Positions 1-7,979 of a DNA stretch of 15,841 bases are shown here, piece by piece. Numbering within the stretch: the first letter of the stretch is position 1; every line of letters starts with the position of its first letter. The DNA is taken from NCBI GenBank assembly GCA_046726415.1, contig JBKPAK010000250.1:1-15841 (forward strand). The letters are read 5' to 3'. The notes beneath the pieces are model-generated. The model was not told where the DNA came from and did not search any database. It saw only the letters and a list, made by a program, of their open reading frames with translations. The position numbers were made by a program, and so were the translations under genes. This DNA comes from Candidatus Methylomirabilota bacterium (GTDB lineage Bacteria > Methylomirabilota > Methylomirabilia > Rokubacteriales > CSP1-6).

Positions 1-1164
1 GGACGGGCCAGGGTCGGTGTGGCGGAGGGCGAGGCCCGCGCGGAGCGTCTCCGGCGTGAAGCCCTCGCGCCGCGACGTGATCACCGTCAGCCTGTCCCCG
101 ACAGGGACGCCGTAGAACAGGACTCCGTCGACCACGTCCAGGGCCGGGTGGAGCAGGCGGATTGTCTCCCCGCGTTCGAGCAGCTCGAGGACGCTCTGTG
201 GCGCATCGGATTCGCTGGAGTCTTTGCGTCGCAACCACTCGCGCCACCAGGCCGCCATCCGCGTGAAGAGCGCGTGCTTCAAGCTGACCCGCGGCAGTGT
301 CCCAAAGGCCTCAAGTGCGTTGGCGGACAGGTAGTCGTCGAGCCCGGCCTTCGCCCCGTCCGGGCCCAATGGGAGCTTGACTACCGTGACCTTCGCGCCG
401 CGCCCCTCCAGCTCCTTGCCGAGGGCAAAGACCGGCTGGAGGAGGTCCGGGCGTGTCCAAACGTCCGAGTCTGGGACGATCACCGCCTCGCGCTCGTACC
501 AGTCGATCCGGTCGAGGTCGGGGATCGCCCGGCCGGCGGATTGCCAGTTCCAGAGCCCGCCGACCGCAACGCAGGTAAGACCTTCCTGGTTCGCCTTGAG
601 TGCCTTCTTCTCGCCCTCGGTGATCAGGAGCGGCACCCTCGGATCGGCCAGCGCCGCTCGTGCGCGAGCCGGGATGTAGAGCCGGGGCGGCGTTCCCGCC
701 CGCTGGTAGTAGCGGATCGTGTGGCCCTGGCCGTCGCTCACCGGAGGGAAGAGCTTGCACCGGACGAACTCGTCATCGCGCCGCCAGAGACCACCGCGTC
801 CGGCGGCGTCGTACGGGAAGACGAGAACGTGACGGACCTGAGCGGCCCGCCGCGCGTTGAGGAGACGTGGAAGGTCGCCGGGCGCCGGCGTGTAGAGGCC
901 GGCCTCGGCAATCGTGGCGTCGGAGAGTCCCGATCTCCGCAGATCCTCGAGCGCTTCCGGGTGGAGCGAGAGCTCACTCCCGGCCGCGGTCCGAGCGGCC
1001 CGCGCCGCAATGTCACGCGCGCTGGAGCCTGTCGCGGGCGACGAAACATCAGCCGCGCTCGAGCCTGCCACGGGCGACGAAATGTCAGCCGCGCTCGAGC
1101 CTGCCACGGGCGACGAAACGTCATCCGTGGTCGAACCCGTCGCGGGCGGCGAAACATCATCCAC
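1..1164 (-). CDS. DUF3854 / TOPRIM-type primase-like replication protein of a mobile element (3' end beyond the window edge)
   Basis: Manual minus-strand translation is open from 1272 to 1 (absent from the ORF track). It reads ...LHPEALEDLRRSGLSDATIAEAG...VLVFPYD...FVRCKLFPP...IRYYQRAGTPPRLYIP...PLLITEGEKKALKANQEGLTCVAVGGLWNW...IPDLDRIDWYEREAVIVPDSDVW...KAGLDDYL..., i.e. the TEGEKKA, DSD and GLDDY motifs of DUF3854 Toprim domains. Start taken at GTG 1164 (GGAGG 7 nt upstream); GTG 1209 is an alternative. Confidence 0.85.
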   Translation of the reverse strand, partial: MDDVSPPATGSTTDDVSSPVAGSSAADISSPVAGSSAADVSSPATGSSARDIAARAARTAAGSELSLHPEALEDLRRSGLSDATIAEAGLYTPAPGDLPRLLNARRAAQVRHVLVFPYDAAGRGGLWRRDDEFVRCKLFPPVSDGQGHTIRYYQRAGTPPRLYIPARARAALADPRVPLLITEGEKKALKANQEGLTCVAVGGLWNWQSAGRAIPDLDRIDWYEREAVIVPDSDVWTRPDLLQPVFALGKELEGRGAKVTVVKLPLGPDGAKAGLDDYLSANALEAFGTLPRVSLKHALFTRMAAWWREWLRRKDSSESDAPQSVLELLERGETIRLLHPALDVVDGVLFYGVPVGDRLTVITSRREGFTPETLRAGLALRHTDPGPS

Positions 1165-1194
1165 GCTCGAGCCTCCCGCGGGCGACGAAACGTC
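1009..1194. repeat. Tandem repeat, 5 full units of 36 bp plus a partial unit
   Basis: Units 1009-1044, 1045-1080, 1081-1116, 1117-1152, 1153-1188 (+AACGTC). Consensus ~AAYRTCAKCCGCGCTCGAGCCTGYCRCGGGCGACGA. In the primase frame they encode 12-aa repeats of the type DVSSPVAGSSAA. Confidence 0.95.
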
Positions 1195-1339
1195 GGGTGT
1201 GCGTGGCACCCCGGCTGGTGTCGTGGTGGCTGTGGCGCTTCCGGAGAAAGTCCACGCGGTAGTAGATGAAGATCACGCTCGCGAGCAGCCCGCCCACGCC
1301 GAGCGTCGACACCAGCTTGATGAGATCGAGGTCCGGCAT
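1157..1339 (-). CDS. Small single-TM membrane protein (60 aa), phage/holin-like appearance
   Basis: MPDLDLIKLVSTLGVGGLLASVIFIYYRVDFLRKRH...: one hydrophobic helix followed by a basic tail. G-rich SD upstream; the stop overlaps the primase GTG (GTGGATGA). Confidence 0.55.
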   Translation of the reverse strand: MPDLDLIKLVSTLGVGGLLASVIFIYYRVDFLRKRHSHHDTSRGATHTRRFVARGRLERG

Positions 1340-1717
1340 TCAGCGCGGCCCCCCACAATCGGCGGTCGGCATCGCGATCAGTCGACAGCCCCGTCCCTCG
1401 CCCCGGCGGCGTGGGGGAAGATTCCATCGTGCATGCCGAGTCCGGGCGCCGTCGCGCGCGCACGAATCTGGAGTCCACTCCTTGCGGACCTCAGCGATCG
1501 CCGGGACGGTGGCCCCGTGCTCCGTCAGCTCCGCGTAGCCCCGCCCGACCCGGAGCCGCCACTCGCTCCAGAGGCTCCAATCGAGCCGCGCCGTTACCAC
1601 CACCCTGCCGTTCGAGACGACGTCGCGCTGCAGGAACGCGCCTACGCGCACCGCTTCGACCCATCGGTCCCTGACTTCCTGCAAGAGCCTCTGGAGCGAG
1701 CCGTGGACGACCTTCAT
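1340..1717 (-). CDS. Hypothetical protein (~125 aa), possibly frameshifted near 1475
   Basis: ATG 1717 preceded by AAGGAGA; MKVVHGSLQRLLQEVRDRWVEAVRVGAFLQRDVV...LDWSLWSEWRLRVGRGYAELTEHGATVPA. After ~1475 another frame (LQIRARATAPGLGMHDGIFPHAAGARDGAVD*, stop 1378-1380) looks more coding-like. Confidence 0.55.
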   Translation of the reverse strand: MKVVHGSLQRLLQEVRDRWVEAVRVGAFLQRDVVSNGRVVVTARLDWSLWSEWRLRVGRGYAELTEHGATVPAIAEVRKEWTPDSCARDGARTRHARWNLPPRRRGEGRGCRLIAMPTADCGGPR

Positions 1718-1788
1718 CGCACCGTCTCCTTCCGCTGCCGGCAGTCCGCGTGCGGAGCTCTCGCGGGCGAAGAGCAGAAAGAGTGCCA

Positions 1789-2031
1789 GGGTTACGAAAG
1801 CGGCGAAATAGCGGGAAATGCGGCCGTTCCCGCGAGGACGGTGCCCCTCGCGCACAGCGACCGGCGAGGAGATCGACCAGCAGTTGCGGTGGTGTTGCGC
1901 TGCTGGGTTACGAAAGTGGTGAGGTTGCGGGAAATGCGGCCGTTCCCGCGAAGACGGTGCGCATCGCGCACCGCCATCGGCGAGGAGATCGACCAGCAGT
2001 TGCGGTGGTGTTGCGCTGCTGTTGCGGTGGT
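1789..2031. repeat. Tandem duplication of a 116-bp unit (1789-1904, 1905-2020) with internal hairpins and 11-bp GTTGCG sub-repeats
   Basis: Manual alignment gives 11 mismatches in 116 nt and no indels. Inverted repeats GCGGGAA/TTCCCGC (1811-1833, 1927-1949), CGGTGCGC/GCGCACCG (1955-1973) and CAGCAG/CTGCTG. GTTGCGSTGST at 1883, 1894, 1999, 2010, 2021. Confidence 0.95.
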
Positions 2032-2250
2032 ACGTGTCGGCCCGACCGCCTCCACGCTGAGTGGTGGATCAGCGCCTCGTCCGAGGGGCGAGCGCAAGCA
2101 GACCAAACGTCCGGACCATTTCACCGCCGAGACCAACAACATATAAGCGCTAAATCTCGAAAGCGCCCGCCCGAACCATACCTAACGAAATCGCGGCCGA
2201 CCACCGAGATCAACTCAAGGACAGCGCTTCCCGATGATCGACGGCAGTGC

Positions 2251-2326
2251 GTCCTCGTCACCGTGCTGGGCATCAACCTCTTCGGCGACGGTCCGCGACA
2301 CGCTGGATCCCCGGCTCAAGGTCTAG
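2251..2326 (+). pseudogene. 3'-terminal remnant of a DppC/OppC-type peptide ABC permease
   Basis: Reads VLVTVLGINLFGDG-(frameshift at 2293)-RDTLDPRLKV* (TAG 2324-2326), the characteristic NLxGDGLRDxLDPR C-terminus. Confidence 0.7.
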
Positions 2327-3479
2327 CGAGCAGGGCCTTCGCCTCCCTGAGATCCGCCGTATCGAACCCTTCCGTGAACCAGTCGTAGACATCGGCCAGC
2401 GTGTGGGGAAGGTCGGGCTGCCCGCCCTGCTCCCCCGCCAACCGGGAAAGGCTGACGACCGCCCGCAGCTCCAATGAGCGTGCTGCTGGACCCGGGCAAC
2501 CTCGATCGCTCTGAGAAAGCACGCCTCGGCCTCAGCGCTCTTCTCGATCTGGCGGTGACCCCTCCGGCCTCCGTTTCCTGCGCGTGTCGATCGCAAGGTC
2601 AGCTCACCCTTGAGGCGATAGAGCTCGGCCTCGTACCACCGTTCCCTCTTGCTATGGGCTCGGTCGAGGGCCTGGTCAAGCGCCTCCAGACCCTCTTCAA
2701 TCCGACCGGCCTTTGCGCACGCCGTGGCCTGCAGCGCCAAAGAGTAGGGATGGGTGAAGTCTCCATGACGTGGTCGCCGCCGGGCCCGCGACCCAACTGT
2801 CCCAGGGCCTCGAGCAGCGGCAGATAGGCCTCACCGGCCCCGTATTGCTCGATGCATTGACCCCGCCCGAAGCGGATCTCCGCCTCGTGCGCGCGCCCGC
2901 GCGCCTGGCTCGCCAGGAACGTCTCGGCCAGCGCGGTCTTGGGCCTCTTCCCGCCCTCAGTCGAGCAGCAGCGCCGATTCCCGGCTCACCCGTGATGAGC
3001 GCGATCTGCCGTTCCCCGCGCGAGGCCTTGGCGAACACGGTATGCAGCTGTTCGAGCTCGGCCTCTCGGCCCACGAGCGCCGGAAACGCATGAGGGGAGC
3101 TCGGGGATCCATCGCCGCGGCCGACCACCGCCGGAGCGCCAGGGAGTGAGACGGACGGAGCCGTGGTGACCGGGACGATGAAACGGTATCCCACGCGGTG
3201 CACCGTTTCGATGTAGCGCGGGTTGCGGGCGTCATCGTCCAGCGCCTGGCGAAGCCCCCGAATCTGAAAGGCGAGAGCATCCTCGCCCACCGCCGTCTCG
3301 CCCCAGACGCCATCGAGGAGCGCCGCCTTCGTCAACACCTGCCCGCCCTGGCTGGCCAGCAGTCAGAGGACGGCCAGCGCCTTGGGCGGCAACCTCACTT
3401 TCCCGTCGCCCACGTACAGCGGCCCATGGAGTCCGGCGAGGCGATAGCGCCCGAAATGGAGCTCCCTCGGAGAAAGCTC
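2316..3479 (-). pseudogene. Disrupted OmpR-type wHTH + AAA ATPase + TPR transcriptional regulator (STAND-like)
   Basis: wHTH: RLPPKALAVL*LLASQGGQVLTKAALLDGVW...LRQALDDDARNPRYIETVHRVGYRF, with in-frame TGA at 3363-3365. AAA: LVGREAELEQL...ITGEPGIG|32-nt insert|KTALAETFL...GQCIEQYGAGEAYLPLLEALGQL. Abrupt jump at ~2760 to the C-terminal TPR (WYEAELYRLKGEL...AEACFLRAIEVAR), frameshift ~2484, then ARSLELRAVVSLSRL...YDWFTEGFDTADLREAKALL. No in-frame start codon found. Confidence 0.85.
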
Positions 3480-3588
3480 GGGTTCCCTCGGGATTTCGCC
3501 GGCCTCGCGCGGCTATCCATGTCGCGCGGTATCGCACCGTCGAAATTCGCCGGCAAGGGCTGCCGTCGCCCCGGGGGGAGCGCCGCCT

Positions 3589-3789
3589 ATGACGCAGAGG
3601 GTTCCCGTACCGCTGTCGCGGGACTGGGCCTTCGTGGTGCAGCTGCGCGAGGGCACCCTCCTGCACCCAGACCGGATGGAAGGTCGGATCGAACACATCG
3701 CGTCAGGCCAGGCCGTCGCCTTCACCTCGCTGAAAGAGCTTCGCGCGTTCATGGAGCGGATCGTGGCCAGGCGCGAGCAGGGCTGGTGA
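3589..3789 (+). CDS. Small hypothetical protein (66 aa) divergent from the wHTH-AAA-TPR gene
   Basis: GGGGGAG SD, GC3-rich codons; AFVVQL...GRIEHIASGQAVAFTSLKELRAFMERIV resembles a recurring small-protein pattern (recalled, not searched). Confidence 0.7.
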   Translation: MTQRVPVPLSRDWAFVVQLREGTLLHPDRMEGRIEHIASGQAVAFTSLKELRAFMERIVARREQGW

Positions 3790-4562
<773 letters not shown>

Positions 4563-4575
<13 letters not shown>

Positions 4576-4670
4576 CTGCGCACTGATTGCATGCCGCGGA
4601 GACAGGCGGCCACCGCGACCAGTGCGCCGAACACCGACGCCTTGAGGAGTCCGACGACGAAGTCACTCAG
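4563..4670 (-). pseudogene. Internal fragment of an MlaE-family ABC permease
   Basis: LSDFVVGLLKASVFGALVAVAACLRGMQSVRSSVAV matches the MlaE GLxKxxVFGxxVxxxxCxxG segment; flanks are unrelated. Confidence 0.65.
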
Positions 4671-4760
4671 CGCTGGCCCATCTGCGCCGAGTTCTCGGAT
4701 CGCTGACCGACCTTGCCATCGGTGCAACACCCGTGCGAGAGTGCGTCAGGCCCACGCAGG

Positions 4761-4773
4761 ATGCTCAACGTCG
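4761..4773 (+). repeat. 13-bp imperfect direct repeat, copy 1 (ATGCTCAACGTCG)
   Basis: Matches ATGCTCATCGTCG at 9100-9112 at 12/13 positions; the two copies bracket the + strand gene block exactly. Confidence 0.6.
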
Positions 4774-5516
4774 AGCGGTTGACCCGGCGCTTCGGTGGTC
4801 TGATCGCGGTCTCCGATGTGTCATTCGAGGTTCCGGGCCGACAGGTGACCGCGTTGATCGGTCCGAACGGCGCGGGAAAGACCACCTTGTTCAACACGAT
4901 CTCCGGGGTCTTCCCTCCGACCGAGGGACGCGTGCGCTTCAACGGCACCGACATCACCGGCTGGCCGGCGCACCGGATCACCACGCTGGGGCTGGGACGA
5001 ACATTTCAGAACGTGCAGCTCTTCCCGAACCTGAACGCTCTCGAAAACGTCGCGGTGGCCCGGTATTGCCGAAGTGCCTCGGGCCTGGTCGATGCTCTCC
5101 TGTGGCGGAAGCGCGACCGCGTGGAGCGGCGCGATATGCTGGCGCGGGCCGACGACCTTCTGGAATCGGTGGGACTCGGTGACAAGCGGCTCCTGATGCC
5201 CGGCGAACTGCCGTACGGAGACCAACGTCGTCTTGAGATCGCCCGAGCGCCGGCGACCGAGCCGACGCTGCTGATCCTGGACGAGCCCACCGCCGGGATG
5301 GTGGCGCGAGAGGCCGAAGAGGTGGTCGCCCTGATGCGCCGGCTCTGCGCGTCCGGAATTGCGCTGCTGCTCATCGAGCACAACATGAACGTCGTGATGT
5401 CGGTCTCCCACAAGGTCGTGGTGCTGAACTTCGGCAGCAGGATCGCGGAGGGAACGCCGGCGGAGATCGAGCAGCACCCCGATGTCATCGAGGCGTATCT
5501 GGGTCGCGACGAATGA
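4761..5516 (+). CDS. livG: Branched-chain amino acid-type ABC transporter ATP-binding protein (LivG-like)
   Basis: MLNVERLTRRFGGLIAV, Walker A GPNGAGKTT, RTFQNVQLF, LPYGDQRRLEIARA, Walker B LLILDEP, IEH, C-terminal VIEAYLG. Confidence 0.93.
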   Translation: MLNVERLTRRFGGLIAVSDVSFEVPGRQVTALIGPNGAGKTTLFNTISGVFPPTEGRVRFNGTDITGWPAHRITTLGLGRTFQNVQLFPNLNALENVAVARYCRSASGLVDALLWRKRDRVERRDMLARADDLLESVGLGDKRLLMPGELPYGDQRRLEIARAPATEPTLLILDEPTAGMVAREAEEVVALMRRLCASGIALLLIEHNMNVVMSVSHKVVVLNFGSRIAEGTPAEIEQHPDVIEAYLGRDE

Positions 5517-6232
5517 CCGCGCTGCTCAGGATCTCCGATCTTCACGTCTCCTATGGAGCGTTGCCGGCCGTTCGCGGCGTTCACCTCGAGCTCCCGGAAG
5601 GCGATCTCCGGGTGATCCTCGGGGCCAATGGCGCGGGGAAGACGACGATTATCAAGGCGGTGCTCGGGCTGCTCACGGTGAAGCACGGCTCGATCGAGTT
5701 CGCCGGGCACGACATCACGGGCTGGCCGCCGCACCGGATCAACCGGCTCGGCATCTCCTGGGTGCCGGAAGGGCGCCAGTTATGGGACTCGCTGACCGTG
5801 CTCGACAATCTAAAGATGGGCGCCTTCGCGCAGCGCCATGACGGGGAGACCGCGCGACGGATCGACGAGATGTTCGAGCGCTTCCCCCGGCTCCGGGAGC
5901 GCCACGGCCAGCTCGCCGGCTCGCTCAGCGGCGGCGAGCAGCAGATGGTGGCCATCGCCCGCGCGCTGGTGGCGCGGCCGCGCCTCATCCTGATGGACGA
6001 GCCGTCGCTTGGCCTCGCGCCGATCCTGGTGCGCGACGTCTTCCGGCTGGTGAACGAGATCAACCGGGCAGGCATCAGCATCCTCATGGTGGAGCAAAAC
6101 GCCCGCATGTCGCTGCGGGTTGCCTCGTGGGCCTATTTGCTGGATGTGGGACGCATCGTCATCGATGGTGCCGCGAGAGAGCTCGAGGCAAGCCGCGAGG
6201 TGCAGGACGTCTTTCTCGGCGGTCGGAGGTGA
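5513..6232 (+). CDS. livF: Branched-chain amino acid-type ABC transporter ATP-binding protein (LivF-like)
   Basis: GANGAGKTT, VPEGRQLW, LSGGEQQMVAIARAL, LMDEPSLGLAP, VEQNA; ATGA overlap with livG. Confidence 0.95.
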   Translation: MTALLRISDLHVSYGALPAVRGVHLELPEGDLRVILGANGAGKTTIIKAVLGLLTVKHGSIEFAGHDITGWPPHRINRLGISWVPEGRQLWDSLTVLDNLKMGAFAQRHDGETARRIDEMFERFPRLRERHGQLAGSLSGGEQQMVAIARALVARPRLILMDEPSLGLAPILVRDVFRLVNEINRAGISILMVEQNARMSLRVASWAYLLDVGRIVIDGAARELEASREVQDVFLGGRR

Positions 6233-7113
6233 CCAGCCTGCCGATGGAGCTCTTCCTCCAGCAAGTCGTGAATGGCCTGGTCATCGGCAGCACCTACACG
6301 GTCGTGGCGCTCGGGTTTTCCCTGATCTTCAGCGTGATGGGCGTGGTGAACATGGCGCACCCCGAGATCTTCATGATTTCCATGTTCGTCGGCCTGCTCA
6401 TCGCGGCGCACGTGGCCTCGAACTTCGTCGTGGTGGTGATCGGAGTCATGCTCGTGTCAGGCCTCACCGGTATGGCCCTGGAGCGCGTCGTGCTGCGGCC
6501 CCTTCGCAGTCCGAACCTGCTCGTCCCCTTGATCGGCACGATCGGCGTCGCCATCATGATCCAGTACACCACCGCCGGCATCTTCGGTCCGGATCCCCGG
6601 CCCTTTCCTCGCCTGATCGCCCAGCAACGGGTCACGGTGGGCGGGGTCGACGTCACGACGCTCCAGTTGACGAACTTCGTCCTGTCCCTCCTGATCATGA
6701 TCGGCGTGAGCTACTACGTGCGGCGAACGCGCTGGGGCCGCGCGACGCGCGCGGTCGCCGAGCGATACGATGTGGCCGCGGCCTTTGGCGTCGACGTCAA
6801 TCGCGTCGCGCAGGTGACGGTGGTGCTCGCGTCCATGATGGCCGGTGTCGCCGGCGTCTCGATCGCCCTCCTGTACGGTTCGGCGTGGGCCTTCGTCGGC
6901 GGCCTGTACGCGCTGAAGTCGTTCGTCTGCATGCTGGTGGCGGGCAACAAGCACATCGAGGGCGTCATGGCCGTGGGGCTCACGCTCGGCGTCATCGAAG
7001 CGCTCATGACCGGATTCGTCTCGTCGAGCTTGCGCGATGCGGTCGCCTTCGTGATCCTGATCGCCGTGCTGTATTTCCGTCCTCTTGGACTCTTCGGGTC
7101 ATACCGAGCATGA
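6229..7113 (+). CDS. livH: Branched-chain amino acid-type ABC permease (LivH-like)
   Basis: LQQVVNGLVIGSTYTVVALGFSLIFSVMGVVNMAH...RTRWGRATRAVAE...LYFRPLGLFG. Start at GTG 6229 (GTGA overlap) or ATG 6244. Confidence 0.93.
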   Translation: MTSLPMELFLQQVVNGLVIGSTYTVVALGFSLIFSVMGVVNMAHPEIFMISMFVGLLIAAHVASNFVVVVIGVMLVSGLTGMALERVVLRPLRSPNLLVPLIGTIGVAIMIQYTTAGIFGPDPRPFPRLIAQQRVTVGGVDVTTLQLTNFVLSLLIMIGVSYYVRRTRWGRATRAVAERYDVAAAFGVDVNRVAQVTVVLASMMAGVAGVSIALLYGSAWAFVGGLYALKSFVCMLVAGNKHIEGVMAVGLTLGVIEALMTGFVSSSLRDAVAFVILIAVLYFRPLGLFGSYRA

Positions 7114-7979
7114 CGTCTTTCGCGTTCTGGGAGCCAATCCTCGTCGTCACGATGATCAACGCAATGCTGGCCCTGGGATTCTACGTGACCATGTCCTCCG
7201 GTATCCTCTCGGTGGCCCACGCGGCGGCCGCGGGCCTGGGCGCCTACGCGGCTGCCGTGCTGACCACCAACTTTCACTGGCCGTTCGCGTTCGCCGTCGT
7301 CGCTGCGATCGCGGTGGGTGGCGTGGTCGGCGCGGGGCTGGCGCTCGTGACCGTGCGCATGAACATGCTCGTCTCGAGCCTGGTCACCCTCGGGTTCGGC
7401 GAGACCATGAGCATCATCGCCTTCAACCTCGAGTACCTCGGGGGAGCCGGCAGCTTCGCGGGCATCCCGCTGTACACCAATCTGGGCGTGGCCGCGGCCA
7501 GTCTTCTTCTCGTGATCTATGTCGTCTGGCGATACGACGCGTCGCGGATCGGGCTCGCCGCCCGGGCGGTGCGGGACAACCCGCTCGCCGCGGCGGCGAA
7601 CGGGATCGACGTGCGGTGGACGAGAGTCGTCGGCTTCAGTCTCGGCGCGGCGATTGCCGGCTTTGCCGGCGCCATCTCGGCTCACTACACGCTCGTGGTG
7701 AACCCCGCGGACCTCGGATTCTTTCCCTCGTTCTATATTCAGGTCTACGCGATCTTCGGCGGATCCTACACGATGTGGGGACCGCTTCTCGGTGCCGGAG
7801 TGCTGACCCTTCTCCCGCAAGTCCTTCGCTTCGCCGCCGTCTATCGCTTCGCGCTCTACGGCCTCAGCATCGTCCTCGTCATCCTTCTACGCCCCCAGGG
7901 GGTGCTGACCCGCGTTCCCACCGGCGCGACTCCGCTGATTCCCCTATTCAATCGACCACGGAGGCTTCATGAACAGTGA
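7110..7979 (+). CDS. livM: Branched-chain amino acid-type ABC permease (LivM-like)
   Basis: ATG 7110 overlaps the livH stop (ATGA); GILSVAHAAAAGLGAY, VTLGFGE, SRIGLAARAVRDNPLAAAANGID, IFGGSYTMWGPLLGA, LRPQGVL. Confidence 0.92.
   Translation: MTSFAFWEPILVVTMINAMLALGFYVTMSSGILSVAHAAAAGLGAYAAAVLTTNFHWPFAFAVVAAIAVGGVVGAGLALVTVRMNMLVSSLVTLGFGETMSIIAFNLEYLGGAGSFAGIPLYTNLGVAAASLLLVIYVVWRYDASRIGLAARAVRDNPLAAAANGIDVRWTRVVGFSLGAAIAGFAGAISAHYTLVVNPADLGFFPSFYIQVYAIFGGSYTMWGPLLGAGVLTLLPQVLRFAAVYRFALYGLSIVLVILLRPQGVLTRVPTGATPLIPLFNRPRRLHEQ

Larger units (their letters stand above)
1..2200. mobile_element. Putative right end of an integrative/satellite-like element (primase, small genes, repeat-rich non-coding region); boundary approximate
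   Basis: DUF3854 primase-like gene, two small co-oriented ORFs, two repeat arrays and a locally AT-richer stretch at 2130-2190. No integrase or att site is visible in the window. Confidence 0.4.

Noticed and set aside
1009..1194. CRISPR array (36-bp repeats)
   Set aside because: Units are contiguous with no unique spacers, vary like coding sequence, and no cas genes are in the window.
19..1269. 416-aa plus-strand ORF (and 914-2146)
   Set aside because: Antisense shadows of the minus-strand primase and small genes; Arg-rich, no motifs.
1789..2020. DGR template/variable repeat pair
   Set aside because: The 11 mismatches are not adenine-specific on either strand (they include C/T and C/G), the copies are directly adjacent, and no reverse transcriptase is present.
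2128..2190. dif/Xer site or integron attC in the AT-richer stretch (AACATATAAGCGCTAAAT; ACCTAAC)
   Set aside because: It does not fit the 11-6-11 XerC/XerD layout, and no matching GTTRRRY core with a paired stem was found.
3363..3365. Recoded TGA (selenocysteine or Trp read-through) in the wHTH
   Set aside because: The same gene has an insertion, a deletion and a frameshift, and other genes here use TGA as stop; a TGG->TGA nonsense mutation is simpler.
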